This document shows, one piece after another, positions 8,153 to 17,583 of a stretch of 34,147 nucleotides of DNA. How positions within the stretch are numbered: position 1 is the first letter of the stretch; each line of letters opens with the position of its first letter. The position numbers and the translations under genes were made by a program. The notes below the pieces were generated by a model that saw nothing but the letters and a program-made list of their open reading frames with translations, had not been told where the DNA came from and did not search any database. The DNA is from Eubacteriales bacterium (GTDB lineage Bacteria; Bacillota; Clostridia; Oscillospirales; CAG-272): contig JAZQDY010000212.1 in NCBI GenBank assembly GCA_045547015.1, forward strand, positions 1 to 34,147. Reading direction: 5' to 3'.

Positions 8153-10135
8153 ATGGAAAATGACGCAAAACTTCTTCCCGCCGAGGATTCTCTCGGCGCG
8201 GATAATGCCGATATTCTCAATGCAAAACGCACGCGGTCTGCTGCTGTTTCCGAAAACACTGCCCGGGCAGTACCGCCCGCCGTCAGTGCCGGTCAGCTGC
8301 GGATGCAGATGAATGCTGCCCGCGCCGCCGATGCAAAGCGTACCGGGGGACAGCCGAAACCGCAGAACGTCCCGCCGGTAACCCGGCAGACCGTTTCTCA
8401 GCCGCGCCCCGTCAGTGCAGGACAAAAACCTGTGCATACCGGAAATTCGCCTGCGGCGAATAAATCGATCCCGGCGGCAAAGAATGTATCGGCAGCGCCT
8501 GCTTCGCCGGGACAGAAAAAATCGTCTGCAGCCGCGCCCAAGGCACCGGTGAAACCGGCTGCTATTACCGCATCTGCTGCCGCAAAACCGACGGCTTCCA
8601 AAGCACAGACCGCATCTGTGCCTGCAGTACAGCGGCAGACTGCCGCCGGAAGAACACCGTCTCCTGCCGTACAGCCGAAGGCTTCTGCGGCCCAAAAGCC
8701 TGTGCAGGCGGGACAAAAAACACCGAATCAGCCCCATGCTTCCGACGCACCGAAGACGGCATCCTCCCAAACGCTTCCGTTCCAGGTTGTGTATGCCGAT
8801 CAGAATCGCGCGCCCAAACAAAAAACAGCAGAACCCAAAAAAACAACCGATATACACGCGCTGATTCCTCATCAGAAGGCGCAGATTGCCCGCAGCGATG
8901 CGGAGCAGAATAATTCTGCTACCCGCGTCACCGATATGCGTACGGCTGTTCCCGCGGATGCCACGCGGCTCAGCTCCGTACAACCCGTGATTCCCAAGAA
9001 GAAAACGCCGAAAAAAGGCCGGGAAATGGAGGATGAAAGCGAGGGCAGCAACGCCATCATCAGCGTAATCAAAGCCATTACCTATATTGTTTCCGTGGTA
9101 GTTGTGTCGGTGTTTCTTGCGGTGTTCATCATCCTGGTGGGAAACGACGTTTACGCATTTGTGAAGGATGAGTCGGTGATTGACGTGACTGTACCTGAGT
9201 ACGCTACGCTGAACGATATCTCTGTTCTTCTCCATGAAAACGGCATCATTGAGTATCCTACGGTGTTCAAGATTTACGCCAATCTGAAAAAAGACGATGG
9301 GCAGTATATTGCCGGAGAGTACCCCTTGAGCCCCATGATGAACTACGATGAGCTTCTCATGGCATTCAAGCCGAAAAAGCCTACCGGTACGTCCCGGATT
9401 ACGATTCCGGAGGGGTATACCACGGATCAGATCATCGATCTGTTTGTCTCCAAGGGAATCGGTACCCGAGAGGGGTATGTGGAGGTAATCAATCATTACG
9501 ATTTCGACTACTGGTTTATTGATAAGCTGGAGGAAAGCGGCTGGAAAGAGGGACGGTATTACCGGCTGGACGGTTATCTGTTCCCGGACACCTATGAATT
9601 TTACAACGCTTCTACCGAAGAAGTGGTAATCGGCAAACTTTTGAAACGCTTCAATGAGGTGTTTATTGAAGACTATTCCATCAAGGCCGAGCAGTTAGGC
9701 TATACGGTAGACGAAATTCTGACCCTTGCATCTATGGTGGAGAAAGAGGGCGGTACTCAGTCCGATTTCTTCAATATTTCTTCCGTGTTTACCAACCGTC
9801 TGAACAACGCAGCGCGATTCCCCTACCTGGAATGCGACGCAACAATCGTGTACGCTATCGAGCACGATACCGGTGAGCATGTGAATCCTACCAAGGAGCA
9901 TCTCAGTTACGAAAGCCCGTACAATACCCATACCAATAAGGGATTGCCGCCTGGACCGATTGCCAATCCCAGTGCCAGTGCTATCCGTGCCGCTCTGTAC
10001 CCGGCAGATACGAAATATTTCTTCTTCGTGTCTGCTTCGGCGACGGTCACGTATTATGCGGAAACGCTGGACGAGCATAATGCAAATCTTGTGAAGGCCG
10101 CCGTGGGCGGCACCGCACCGGCACCGGAGAATTAA
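8153..10135 (+). CDS. mltG: endolytic murein transglycosylase MltG (YceG-like) with a roughly 300-aa low-complexity N-terminal extension
   Basis: The C-terminal half carries YceG motifs: ITIPEGYTTDQI, LASMVEKEG, NRL...LECDATIVYA and SPYNTHTNKGLPPGPIANPS. A single TM helix lies at about aa 305-330. The N-terminus is rich in P, A, K and Q. Confidence 0.88.
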   Translation: MENDAKLLPAEDSLGADNADILNAKRTRSAAVSENTARAVPPAVSAGQLRMQMNAARAADAKRTGGQPKPQNVPPVTRQTVSQPRPVSAGQKPVHTGNSPAANKSIPAAKNVSAAPASPGQKKSSAAAPKAPVKPAAITASAAAKPTASKAQTASVPAVQRQTAAGRTPSPAVQPKASAAQKPVQAGQKTPNQPHASDAPKTASSQTLPFQVVYADQNRAPKQKTAEPKKTTDIHALIPHQKAQIARSDAEQNNSATRVTDMRTAVPADATRLSSVQPVIPKKKTPKKGREMEDESEGSNAIISVIKAITYIVSVVVVSVFLAVFIILVGNDVYAFVKDESVIDVTVPEYATLNDISVLLHENGIIEYPTVFKIYANLKKDDGQYIAGEYPLSPMMNYDELLMAFKPKKPTGTSRITIPEGYTTDQIIDLFVSKGIGTREGYVEVINHYDFDYWFIDKLEESGWKEGRYYRLDGYLFPDTYEFYNASTEEVVIGKLLKRFNEVFIEDYSIKAEQLGYTVDEILTLASMVEKEGGTQSDFFNISSVFTNRLNNAARFPYLECDATIVYAIEHDTGEHVNPTKEHLSYESPYNTHTNKGLPPGPIANPSASAIRAALYPADTKYFFFVSASATVTYYAETLDEHNANLVKAAVGGTAPAPEN

Positions 10136-10180
10136 AAGGAAAACCGCTGTGAGAATGTTCGGTGATCGTAAAACAGCGTT

Positions 10181-10216
10181 CAGGCACAGCAGAGTTTCTG
10201 CTGTGCCTGTTCTTCT
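10181..10216 (+). terminator. intrinsic terminator after mltG
   Basis: A 12-bp stem (CAGGCACAGCAG / CTGCTGTGCCTG) with loop AGTTT is followed by TTCTTCT. Confidence 0.65.
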
Positions 10217-10272
10217 ATCACGTACGCTTGCATGTATCGTATATCCGGTTACTTTCAGAAAGAGCAGCTATT

Positions 10273-10878
10273 ATGGAATTTAATGAAAAATTACAAGAAC
10301 TCCGAAAACAAAAAGAAATTACCCAGGAGGAACTGGCGGAATCCCTGTACGTTTCCCGAACTGCCGTTTCAAAGTGGGAGTCGGGCAGAGGATATCCGAG
10401 CATAGATTCCTTGAAAGCGATAGCAAAGTTTTTTGGAGTAACGATTGATGAACTGCTGTCCGGGGATGAATTACTGATTGCAGCAGAAGAAGACACCAGA
10501 CAAAAAGAAGGATGTTTTCGCGATTTGGTATACGGATTGCTGGATTGCAGTGTCGCCATTTTCTTTTTCCTGCCGCTATTCGGGCAAAAAGCAGAGGGCG
10601 TATTACAGGAAGTGTCCCTTTTATCGTTTACCGAAATCGCACCGTATTTGAGAACGGCTTATTTTTCCGTTGTAATTGGAATTACAGTGCTGGGGCTTTT
10701 GACCCTTGTTCTGCAAAACTGCCGTCAACCGTTTTGGGTAAGAAACAAAAGTAAAGGATCACTGATCGTTAATGCGCTCGGAACACTTCTCTTTATTATC
10801 AGCGCGCAGCCGTATGCGGCAGCATTTCTGTTTATATTCCTTCTGATAAAGACGTTGCTGCTGATTAAATGGCAGTGA
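10273..10878 (+). CDS. XRE-family HTH regulator fused to a C-terminal multi-TM domain
   Basis: The N-terminus MEFNEKLQELRKQKEITQEELAESLYVSRTAVSKWESGRGYPSIDSLKAIAKFFGVTIDELL is a classic HTH_3 domain. About 4 hydrophobic helices follow. The start is trimmed to the ATG at 10273. Confidence 0.8.
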   Translation: MEFNEKLQELRKQKEITQEELAESLYVSRTAVSKWESGRGYPSIDSLKAIAKFFGVTIDELLSGDELLIAAEEDTRQKEGCFRDLVYGLLDCSVAIFFFLPLFGQKAEGVLQEVSLLSFTEIAPYLRTAYFSVVIGITVLGLLTLVLQNCRQPFWVRNKSKGSLIVNALGTLLFIISAQPYAAAFLFIFLLIKTLLLIKWQ

Positions 10879-10994
10879 TACGAAGCGTATCATCATTGTG
10901 ACGACCCGTTTCTTGTGTTTGTTCATACCATCCTTTAAAATGTATTTGGACAGGAGCCAAATACAAATATATAAATAAGGAAGGTTCAGAACAA

Positions 10995-11648
10995 ATGAAA
11001 AAAGAAGCCCGGAGAAACTTTTGTATCGCAGCATATATGCTTTTGACATTCTTGGCATGGACGGCAGCAATCAAATATATTGACGTCGCGGCAATCGGGC
11101 CGCGGGAATCAGCGGTCGGATTTGCAGCGGTGAATCAGTTCGTTCATAACCTTACAGGCGTACATATGTCTCTGTATACTATCACGGATTGGTTGGGTCT
11201 GGTGCCAATCGGGTTTGCCATCGGGTTTGCACTGCTCGGCCTTTTTCAATGGATCAGGCGGAAACATTTCTTAAAAGTAGATTACAGCATTATTGTCCTT
11301 GGCGGATTCTACGTTGTAGTAATGGCAGTCTATATCTTCTTTGAGATATTTGTTGTAAACTGCAGACCTGTGCTGATTAACGGATATCTGGAGGCATCGT
11401 ATCCATCGTCAACGACAATGCTTGTGCTGTGTGTGATGCCGACCGCAATCATGCAGTTTCATACCCGCATTAAAAACGATCTCCTCAAACGGTGTATCAC
11501 TTGGGCAATTACCGCTTTTATTGTTTTTGCGGTAATGGGAAGATTTGTATCAGGCGTGCATTGGTTTACCGATATTGTTGGCGGGGCTTTGCTGAGCACA
11601 GGACTTGTATGGATGTATCGTGCTGTCGTCAGTCTGGAAGATCGATAA
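10995..11648 (+). CDS. PAP2-superfamily-like integral membrane protein (motifs partly degenerate)
   Basis: This is a multi-TM protein. The C3-like motif GRFVSGVHWFTDIVGGA fits R-x5-H-x3-D. The expected PSGH (C2) position reads YPSSTT. Confidence 0.55.
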   Translation: MKKEARRNFCIAAYMLLTFLAWTAAIKYIDVAAIGPRESAVGFAAVNQFVHNLTGVHMSLYTITDWLGLVPIGFAIGFALLGLFQWIRRKHFLKVDYSIIVLGGFYVVVMAVYIFFEIFVVNCRPVLINGYLEASYPSSTTMLVLCVMPTAIMQFHTRIKNDLLKRCITWAITAFIVFAVMGRFVSGVHWFTDIVGGALLSTGLVWMYRAVVSLEDR

Positions 11649-11717
11649 ACTGAAATTTGACAAACAGGAATCACGTCGGAATGCGACAGCCCCTTTTCAA
11701 AGCCGGAATATATTACA

Positions 11718-11755
11718 AAAATCCGACCTGTGATCGAAACCAAAGGTCGGATTTC
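11718..11755. terminator. hairpin between convergent genes (possible bidirectional terminator)
   Basis: AAATCCGACCT pairs with AGGTCGGATTT around a 14-nt loop. Both sides are flanked by A/T runs. Confidence 0.5.
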
Positions 11756-11796
11756 ACCGTTTTGCGAATTCCCCCTTCATTACAGAGAGGGCTTTT

Positions 11797-13473
11797 TTAT
11801 CCATTGCTTTTGTCAATTGCCGAATAATCTACAAAACTGATATTTACATCCAGATCGGCATGGGGTACGCCTTCAAAGTTTCCGGTGCACCCGTACTGCC
11901 AGATGTCAAAATCGTAGTAGAATGTGGGCTTGTCTTTATATTCCGCGTACCAGAAATCGTAGTTATCAATGCGGCTCAGCTCATAGTAGAGAAGTGAGAC
12001 ACTCTGGTTGCAGTATACCATGGGTATGTATCCGGCTTCTTCCACGGTGGAGCAGAATACGTTTGCCGCCTGGCAGAGCGCGTCTGTTTCGATGCCATTC
12101 GTCCGTGCAGAGGAAGCGTTGATTGTTTCCCAGTCAAAGACAACGGGGAATGTGATATTGTAGCCTTTTATCATATCCAGCAGGTATACGGCTTCGTCGT
12201 AGGCTTCCTGAGCATTCAGTGCCTGGGAGAAGAAGTACACGCCCACCTTGATACCGGCCTCAAGCGCGCCTTTTATGTTTTTTTCAAAGTATTCGTCTTT
12301 GTTCAGCTTACCGCTTTCGTATCCCCGGTAGCCAACTCGGATAAAAGCAAAGTACACGCCTTCTTCCTTCAGCTTCTGCCAGTTTACATCTCCCTGCCAG
12401 GAGGATACGTCCACGCCAAACCAGTGGGGGCGCGTATCGTCCAGATAATGCATGATGCCTTTTTCGTCCTTCAAAAACAGATCGGTATCGTAGGAGCATA
12501 CCGGCAGCTGCGGATTGATAGGCACAATATAGGAGGCCGCTTTCAGATACCGTACGAACCCACCGGCTGTGTAGGAATAAATCTTTCCGTAGTGATTGCA
12601 GGTTTTGAAAAGAACCGTTTCATGATCCACTCCCTCGGTGAGAATGATGTTTCCTCCGATATCGTAGTTTTTGATTGTTACGTCGTCGGAGGCGATAATC
12701 ACGAAATCTGCCAGGCCTTCAAAAGGACGGTAATTGTATTCACCGGGCTTGTCAATGTAGGTGGTAATCATGTTGCTGAGAACGGTTACCGCTTCTGCGC
12801 GGGTGAGCGAATCCAGCGGGAAAAAGTTGCCCCCGTCACTGCCGTGCAGAAATCCGGCATCCGTCATGGCGATGATGTACCCTCTCGCCCAGTCGGAAAT
12901 CGTTTCGTAATCAGCGTATACGAAGGTTTCTGCCTGCGGATCGTCCTGTGCCTCGTGATTGTCAGGCAGCTTGTAATCGGCAGGCGCAAAGCCGAAGGCG
13001 CGGGCAATAAGAACCATGGCTTCTTCCCGGGTTACCGGGGTGTCCGGCAGGGCACGGCCCAGCTCATCTCCCAGCATGACGCCGGCGGCACGGAGTTTCT
13101 GCATCTCTTCCTCATATGGGTGACCGTATGTGTCAGCAAACGGTATGTCCGATATGGTTTTGTAATGCATGATGCGGGTCAGAAGCCATGCAACCTCTCC
13201 GCGGGTGATGGACTGATCGGGCAGAAATGCCTCTCCTCCCGGAAGAAGCCCCAGCGTGTGAAAGCGTCCCACGGCATCCGCCGCCCAGTGTCCCACTGTG
13301 TCGTTGTAGCCGGGATGTTCCGGGATTTCCGAAATCGGTCCGGCAGTGGTTACGGTAATATATTCTGCAGGGGGTGTTTTGTCTTTTTCGTTCGTCGACC
13401 CTGCCGCAAAAACAGGCACGGCAGAGAAAAGAAGGGCGGCTGCCAGCACAGCCGACAGAAGTCTCTTTTGCAT
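11797..13473 (-). CDS. secreted cell-wall hydrolase: signal peptide, SLH repeats and a C-terminal GH25 muramidase
   Basis: The signal peptide is MQKRLLSAVLAAALLFSAVPVFAAG. SLH-like repeats include GHWAADAVGRFHTLGLL and ITRGEVAWLL. The GH25 motifs are FGVDVSSWQGDVNWQKLKEEGVYFAFIRVGYRGY and GVYFFSQA. Confidence 0.88.
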   Translation of the reverse strand: MQKRLLSAVLAAALLFSAVPVFAAGSTNEKDKTPPAEYITVTTAGPISEIPEHPGYNDTVGHWAADAVGRFHTLGLLPGGEAFLPDQSITRGEVAWLLTRIMHYKTISDIPFADTYGHPYEEEMQKLRAAGVMLGDELGRALPDTPVTREEAMVLIARAFGFAPADYKLPDNHEAQDDPQAETFVYADYETISDWARGYIIAMTDAGFLHGSDGGNFFPLDSLTRAEAVTVLSNMITTYIDKPGEYNYRPFEGLADFVIIASDDVTIKNYDIGGNIILTEGVDHETVLFKTCNHYGKIYSYTAGGFVRYLKAASYIVPINPQLPVCSYDTDLFLKDEKGIMHYLDDTRPHWFGVDVSSWQGDVNWQKLKEEGVYFAFIRVGYRGYESGKLNKDEYFEKNIKGALEAGIKVGVYFFSQALNAQEAYDEAVYLLDMIKGYNITFPVVFDWETINASSARTNGIETDALCQAANVFCSTVEEAGYIPMVYCNQSVSLLYYELSRIDNYDFWYAEYKDKPTFYYDFDIWQYGCTGNFEGVPHADLDVNISFVDYSAIDKSNG

Positions 13474-13615
13474 ACTGTCTCCCGATGAAAAAATATCGTA
13501 AGTACATTATACAGGAATTTTTCTGTCGAAAAATGGACGTTTTGTGAATGATGCATCCTGTTCACAAGGAAATTTTTTCCGAAAGAGACAAAAAGACGGT
13601 GGATCCCGGTTGCTC

Positions 13616-13644
13616 TTGCATCCTCACGCCGTTTATGCTATAAT
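13616..13644 (+). promoter_or_regulatory. sigma-70-type promoter upstream of trmO
   Basis: TTGCAT (13616-13621), a 17-nt spacer, then TATAAT (13639-13644). Confidence 0.5.
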
Positions 13645-13670
13645 AGAGAATCATAGAAACAGGGACGGGG

Positions 13671-14381
13671 ATGCGCATGAAAAAAACGGAACAGACGGTG
13701 AGTATACAGCCCATCGCCCACATCCGCACCGGCTTTTCGGAGAAATTCGGGATTCCGCGGCAAAGCGGCCTGGTGGACGCGGTAAAAGGACGGGTGGTGT
13801 TTCTGCCGGCGTACCGCAATCCGGATGCACTGCGGGGGCTGGAATCTTTTTCCCACATCTGGCTCATCTGGCACTTTACAAAAGCGGTGCGTGCAGAATG
13901 GAGTCCCACCGTTCGCCCGCCCCGGCTGGGCGGGAATACACGTATGGGGGTGTTTGCTACGCGATCCCCCTTTCGCCCTAACAATCTGGGACTTTCCTGT
14001 GTCCGGCTTGAGGGAATCGATTACGAGGCCCCGGATGGACCGGTACTGCTTGTATCCGGTGTGGATATGCTGGACGGGACGCCGATTTTTGACGTAAAGC
14101 CGTACGTGCCGCTGGCGGACTGTCGTCCGGAGGCCTCAGAGGGGTATACCGCGGAGACACGGGAACATTGTCTTACCGTGCATATTCCCACGGAGTGGGC
14201 AGAGTCTCTTTCCGTCGAGGATCGGGCGGCACTCGTGGGGATTCTGGAAAATGATCCCCGTCCCGGCTACGACAACGATCCGAATAACGAGTACGGATTG
14301 ACATTCCAGCAGTATGACGTAGGATTTACCGTAGACGGTACGGAACTTTATGTAGTCCGTCTTTCCATTCGGAGTGAATAA
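13671..14381 (+). CDS. trmO: tRNA (N6-threonylcarbamoyladenosine(37)-N6)-methyltransferase TrmO (TsaA/YaeB family)
   Basis: The sequence IAHIRTGFSEKFGIPRQSGL...LESFSHIWLIWHF...RPPRLGGN..GVFATRSPFRPN matches the YaeB/TsaA signature. Confidence 0.88.
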   Translation: MRMKKTEQTVSIQPIAHIRTGFSEKFGIPRQSGLVDAVKGRVVFLPAYRNPDALRGLESFSHIWLIWHFTKAVRAEWSPTVRPPRLGGNTRMGVFATRSPFRPNNLGLSCVRLEGIDYEAPDGPVLLVSGVDMLDGTPIFDVKPYVPLADCRPEASEGYTAETREHCLTVHIPTEWAESLSVEDRAALVGILENDPRPGYDNDPNNEYGLTFQQYDVGFTVDGTELYVVRLSIRSE

Positions 14382-14419
14382 AAAAGTGCGTCCGTGGATA
14401 GCTCGCGGACGCACTTTTT
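14381..14419. terminator. bidirectional intrinsic terminator between trmO and the convergent small ORF
   Basis: AAAAAGTGCGTCCG pairs with CGGACGCACTTTTT. A-run and T-run flanks fit termination on both strands. Confidence 0.65.
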
Positions 14420-14440
14420 ATGGAGATGGACCAGTGTGAT

Positions 14441-14740
14441 TCATAGAAGATCTTCCAGCACGTCGGAAAGCGTGCAGGGAGTGACCGCTCCCTCCGTGAT
14501 CAGACGGAACAGCTTTTCCGCTTCGTCTGTATCCGCCGTCACGTCTTCAATCATGCGGGCGTCATTGTTGGCAGAATTGCCGTCAAAAAGGGTGACTGCG
14601 ATGGAGAAAGAGGAAGTATGTCCGGTGTCCGTGCGCAGAAGAATGCTGATGAGTGTAAGTCCCTCTCCCACGTGCCGTACGACGACCTTCGTGGGACGGA
14701 TGCTGTGATCCGTGAGAATGGTTTCCTTGGGGAAAAGCAT
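14441..14740 (-). CDS. hypothetical small protein (99 aa)
   Basis: The ORF has a balanced composition, lies between a terminator and an intergenic region, and has no competing ORF. I recognise no family. Confidence 0.5.
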   Translation of the reverse strand: MLFPKETILTDHSIRPTKVVVRHVGEGLTLISILLRTDTGHTSSFSIAVTLFDGNSANNDARMIEDVTADTDEAEKLFRLITEGAVTPCTLSDVLEDLL

Positions 14741-15035
14741 AATAATGTCCTCCTTTGCGTGCCGTCAGAGACGGGACGATACTATTATACCACATGGCAA
14801 AGCGGCGGAAGATGCAGAAAACGGTGCGTCATAATGCCGCTTTTTTTGCTGTTTGGATGGATTTTTCAGCAGTTTTTTTCGAAAAGTGGGGAGAATACGC
14901 GAATTTTGCGTTGTTTTGAGGCGGTTGTGCCCAGTATGGAAAGAAAATTATTCCAAACGGGATGCAATATATATTAATAACAGGGCGAAGAATTTTATAA
15001 AAAACTGTAAAGTGGCGTAAATCTTGCATATTTGG

Positions 15036-15064
15036 TTGAAATTCCGGCAGATTTGTGCTATAAT
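15036..15064 (+). promoter_or_regulatory. sigma-70-type promoter upstream of the MATE gene
   Basis: TTGAAA (15036-15041), a 17-nt spacer, then TATAAT (15059-15064). Confidence 0.5.
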
Positions 15065-15203
15065 ACAACAAATGTGTGCACTTTTTGTGTGCACGGTATT
15101 TTTTTGACTGTAGCACGGGGTAATGCAGATGACTACTCAACATGGTCAGGGGATTCTTTATCGGTTGTTTTCTCCCAATTGTATGGTAGGAAACGATTTG
15201 CGC

Positions 15204-16547
15204 ATGGAGGAAAGGTATTCTTTTGGAATGTACCGTTCCTTTATGAAGATTGCCTGGCCGGCACTGATTGAAGCGGTGCTGGGCGGTCTTGTGAATTTCG
15301 TGGACTCTCTCATGGTATCCGTTGTAGGTGAGGAAGGCGTGGCCGCCGTCGGTCTTACCGGACAGCCCCGTATGATTTTTTATTCCCTGTTTTTGTCCAT
15401 GAGTATCGCCGTCAACGCTATCGTCAGCCGGCGCTTTGGCGAAAAACGGCAGGAAGATGCCAACCGATGCCTGGCCACGGTACTGCCGGTGACGGTGCTG
15501 GTGGGAATTCTGTCTACGGTGGTATCGTTTGCCGTGGCGCGGCCGCTTTTGTTGTTCGCCGGTGCCCAGGAGGATACCATTGAACTGGCTATCCCGTATT
15601 TCCTGATTACCATGGTAGGACTGAATTTTACCGCCGTTTCCATTATGATAAATGCCGCCCACCGTGCCTGCGGCAATACGAAAATAACGCTGGTCACCAA
15701 TATGACTGCCAATGTTATCAACGTCATGTTCAACGCCATCCTGATTAACGGACTGTTCGGCTTCCCCAAACTGGGCGTGACCGGTGCCGCTGTCGCTACG
15801 CTGATGGGTAACGTCTCCACGGCAGTTATTTCCATCGTATCGGTGCTTCGTAAAAACGGATATCTCAGACTGCGGCTGAAGTATATGATTCGCTGGGATT
15901 TCCCTCAGTTGGGGCTGATCTTCCGTATCGGAAGCGGTTCTCTTACGGAACAGGTTTTCATGCGGATCGGTTTTTTTACATATGCAAAGATTGTGGCGGA
16001 TCTGGGAACGATGGAGTTTGCCACCCACCAGATCGTGATGACCATTATGACGCTCACGTTTACGGTGGGCGACGGCCTCAGCATAGCGGCCGGTGCGCTG
16101 GTTGGACAAAATCTTGGCAAAAAACGCCCGGATCTGTCGCTGATCTACAGCCGGATCGGGCAGAGAATCGGTATCTGCATCGCGCTTTGTATGGTGGCGG
16201 CCTTTACTGCGGCCGGCACACCCATTATGCGGATGTTCTCCGATGACGATATGGTCATCCGCACCGGTGTGTACCTTCTGGGAATTCTTGCGATAGCCGC
16301 TCCCTTCCAGGTGGTGCAGGTGGAATGCCGCGGCTGTCTGAACGGCGCGGGTGATACCAAATTCATGGCGGTTGTCTCCTTCGTTTCCATCGCGCTGGTG
16401 CGTCCCGTGCTGGCGTATGTGCTCTGCTATCCGGTGGGATGGGGCATTTACGGTGCGTGGCTTTCTATGCTGATTGATCAGATGACCCGCTGCGCTCTTG
16501 CCTTGTGGCGGTTTTCCGGCTCTGCCTGGTATCAGAAAAAGGTTTGA
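15204..16547 (+). CDS. MATE family efflux transporter
   Basis: The protein has about 12 TM segments. The start MEERYSFGMYRSFMKIAWPALIEAVLGGLVNFVDSLMV is typical of MATE proteins. The start codon is uncertain, because the frame is open from the ATG at 15123. Confidence 0.85.
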   Translation: MEERYSFGMYRSFMKIAWPALIEAVLGGLVNFVDSLMVSVVGEEGVAAVGLTGQPRMIFYSLFLSMSIAVNAIVSRRFGEKRQEDANRCLATVLPVTVLVGILSTVVSFAVARPLLLFAGAQEDTIELAIPYFLITMVGLNFTAVSIMINAAHRACGNTKITLVTNMTANVINVMFNAILINGLFGFPKLGVTGAAVATLMGNVSTAVISIVSVLRKNGYLRLRLKYMIRWDFPQLGLIFRIGSGSLTEQVFMRIGFFTYAKIVADLGTMEFATHQIVMTIMTLTFTVGDGLSIAAGALVGQNLGKKRPDLSLIYSRIGQRIGICIALCMVAAFTAAGTPIMRMFSDDDMVIRTGVYLLGILAIAAPFQVVQVECRGCLNGAGDTKFMAVVSFVSIALVRPVLAYVLCYPVGWGIYGAWLSMLIDQMTRCALALWRFSGSAWYQKKV

Positions 16548-16612
16548 CAGATCATGATTTGTTACATACACTTATTGTACAGCGTTATAAAATAAGGAAG
16601 GATAGATAGTAT

Positions 16613-17566
16613 ATGCACTCTTCATCCGTATCAAAGCAGATCGTATCTGCTCTGCTTTTAGTAATTGCCGCTTTCGTTTGGGGAAGTACGTTTGTTGCCC
16701 AGAGCGTGGGCAGTGATTCTGTGGAAGCGTTTACGTTTCTCACCAGCCGGTCATTCATTTCCGCCGCGGCTCTCCTCCCCGTAATTGCAGTGCGCAAAGC
16801 ACTGCGCCCGAAAGATATGCCCGAGACGCGGGAAGAAAGCGCTTCCGCTTCGCCGCGTACTCTTTGGTTGGGCGGCATCCTCTGTGGCGTGGCACTTATG
16901 GTGGCAAGCGGTATCCAGCAGATCGGCATCAAGGATACTACCGTGGGCAAGGCCGGCTTTATTACGGCGATGTACATTGTGATTGTGCCGCTGCTGGGCA
17001 TCTTCTTGAAAAAGCGGATCGGACTGAATGTGTGGGCGGGCGTGGCTATTGCCGTCACCGGTATGTATTTCCTCTGCATTACGGAGGGATTCAGCATCAG
17101 TCGGGGAGATTTCCTCGTGCTGATCTGCGCGTTCTGTTTCTCACTCCACATTCTTGTGATCGATTATTTTTCACCCAAGGTGGACGGCGTAAAAATGTCG
17201 TGCATCCAGTTTTTCACCTGCGGCGTTCTGTCGCTGTTCCCCACGTTCCTTCTGGAAAAACCGTCTCTTGCGGACGTGCAGGCGGCGGCACTGCCGATCC
17301 TCTATGCAGGTCTTCTCTCCGGTGCGGTGGGATATACTTTGCAGATCATCGCGCAGAAGAATCTCCAGCCTACGGTGGCGTCTCTTATCATGAGTCTGGA
17401 ATCGGTGTTCTCCGTGCTGTCCGGCTGGGTGGTCCTCCGGGAGGGGCTTTCCGCAAGAGAGCTGATCGGCTGTCTTCTGATGTTTGCGGCGATTCTTCTG
17501 GCACAGCTGCCGGGGGATCTTTTCCGGAGAGGGAAACGCAACCCGCACCCGGACGGGGAAAAGTGA
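16613..17566 (+). CDS. DMT superfamily (EamA-like) transporter
   Basis: The protein has 10 TM segments in two EamA repeats. WGSTFVA lies near the N-terminus. Confidence 0.85.
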   Translation: MHSSSVSKQIVSALLLVIAAFVWGSTFVAQSVGSDSVEAFTFLTSRSFISAAALLPVIAVRKALRPKDMPETREESASASPRTLWLGGILCGVALMVASGIQQIGIKDTTVGKAGFITAMYIVIVPLLGIFLKKRIGLNVWAGVAIAVTGMYFLCITEGFSISRGDFLVLICAFCFSLHILVIDYFSPKVDGVKMSCIQFFTCGVLSLFPTFLLEKPSLADVQAAALPILYAGLLSGAVGYTLQIIAQKNLQPTVASLIMSLESVFSVLSGWVVLREGLSARELIGCLLMFAAILLAQLPGDLFRRGKRNPHPDGEK

Positions 17567-17583
17567 AAAAATAAAAAATTCTG

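Noticed and set aside
8153-9060. Possible tandem DNA repeat or VNTR under the MltG low-complexity region.
   Set aside because: The amino-acid bias (P, A, K, Q) is not backed by an exact nucleotide periodicity that I could see. It looks like compositional low complexity rather than a repeat array.
7838-9496. A 552-aa ORF on the minus strand spanning the end of the CPBP gene and the mltG 5' half.
   Set aside because: It is antisense to two well-supported genes. Its Arg/Cys/Gly-rich composition mirrors the low-complexity MltG N-terminus, and it has no domain signatures.
12424-13488. A 354-aa ORF on the plus strand opposite the SLH-GH25 lysozyme gene.
   Set aside because: It is antisense to a gene with a clear signal peptide and clear SLH and GH25 motifs. 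Its composition is atypical and it has no motifs.
14829-16571. A 580-aa ORF on the minus strand opposite the MATE transporter.
   Set aside because: It is antisense to a 12-TM MATE gene. The His/Arg/Gly/Gln-rich translation has no domain signatures.
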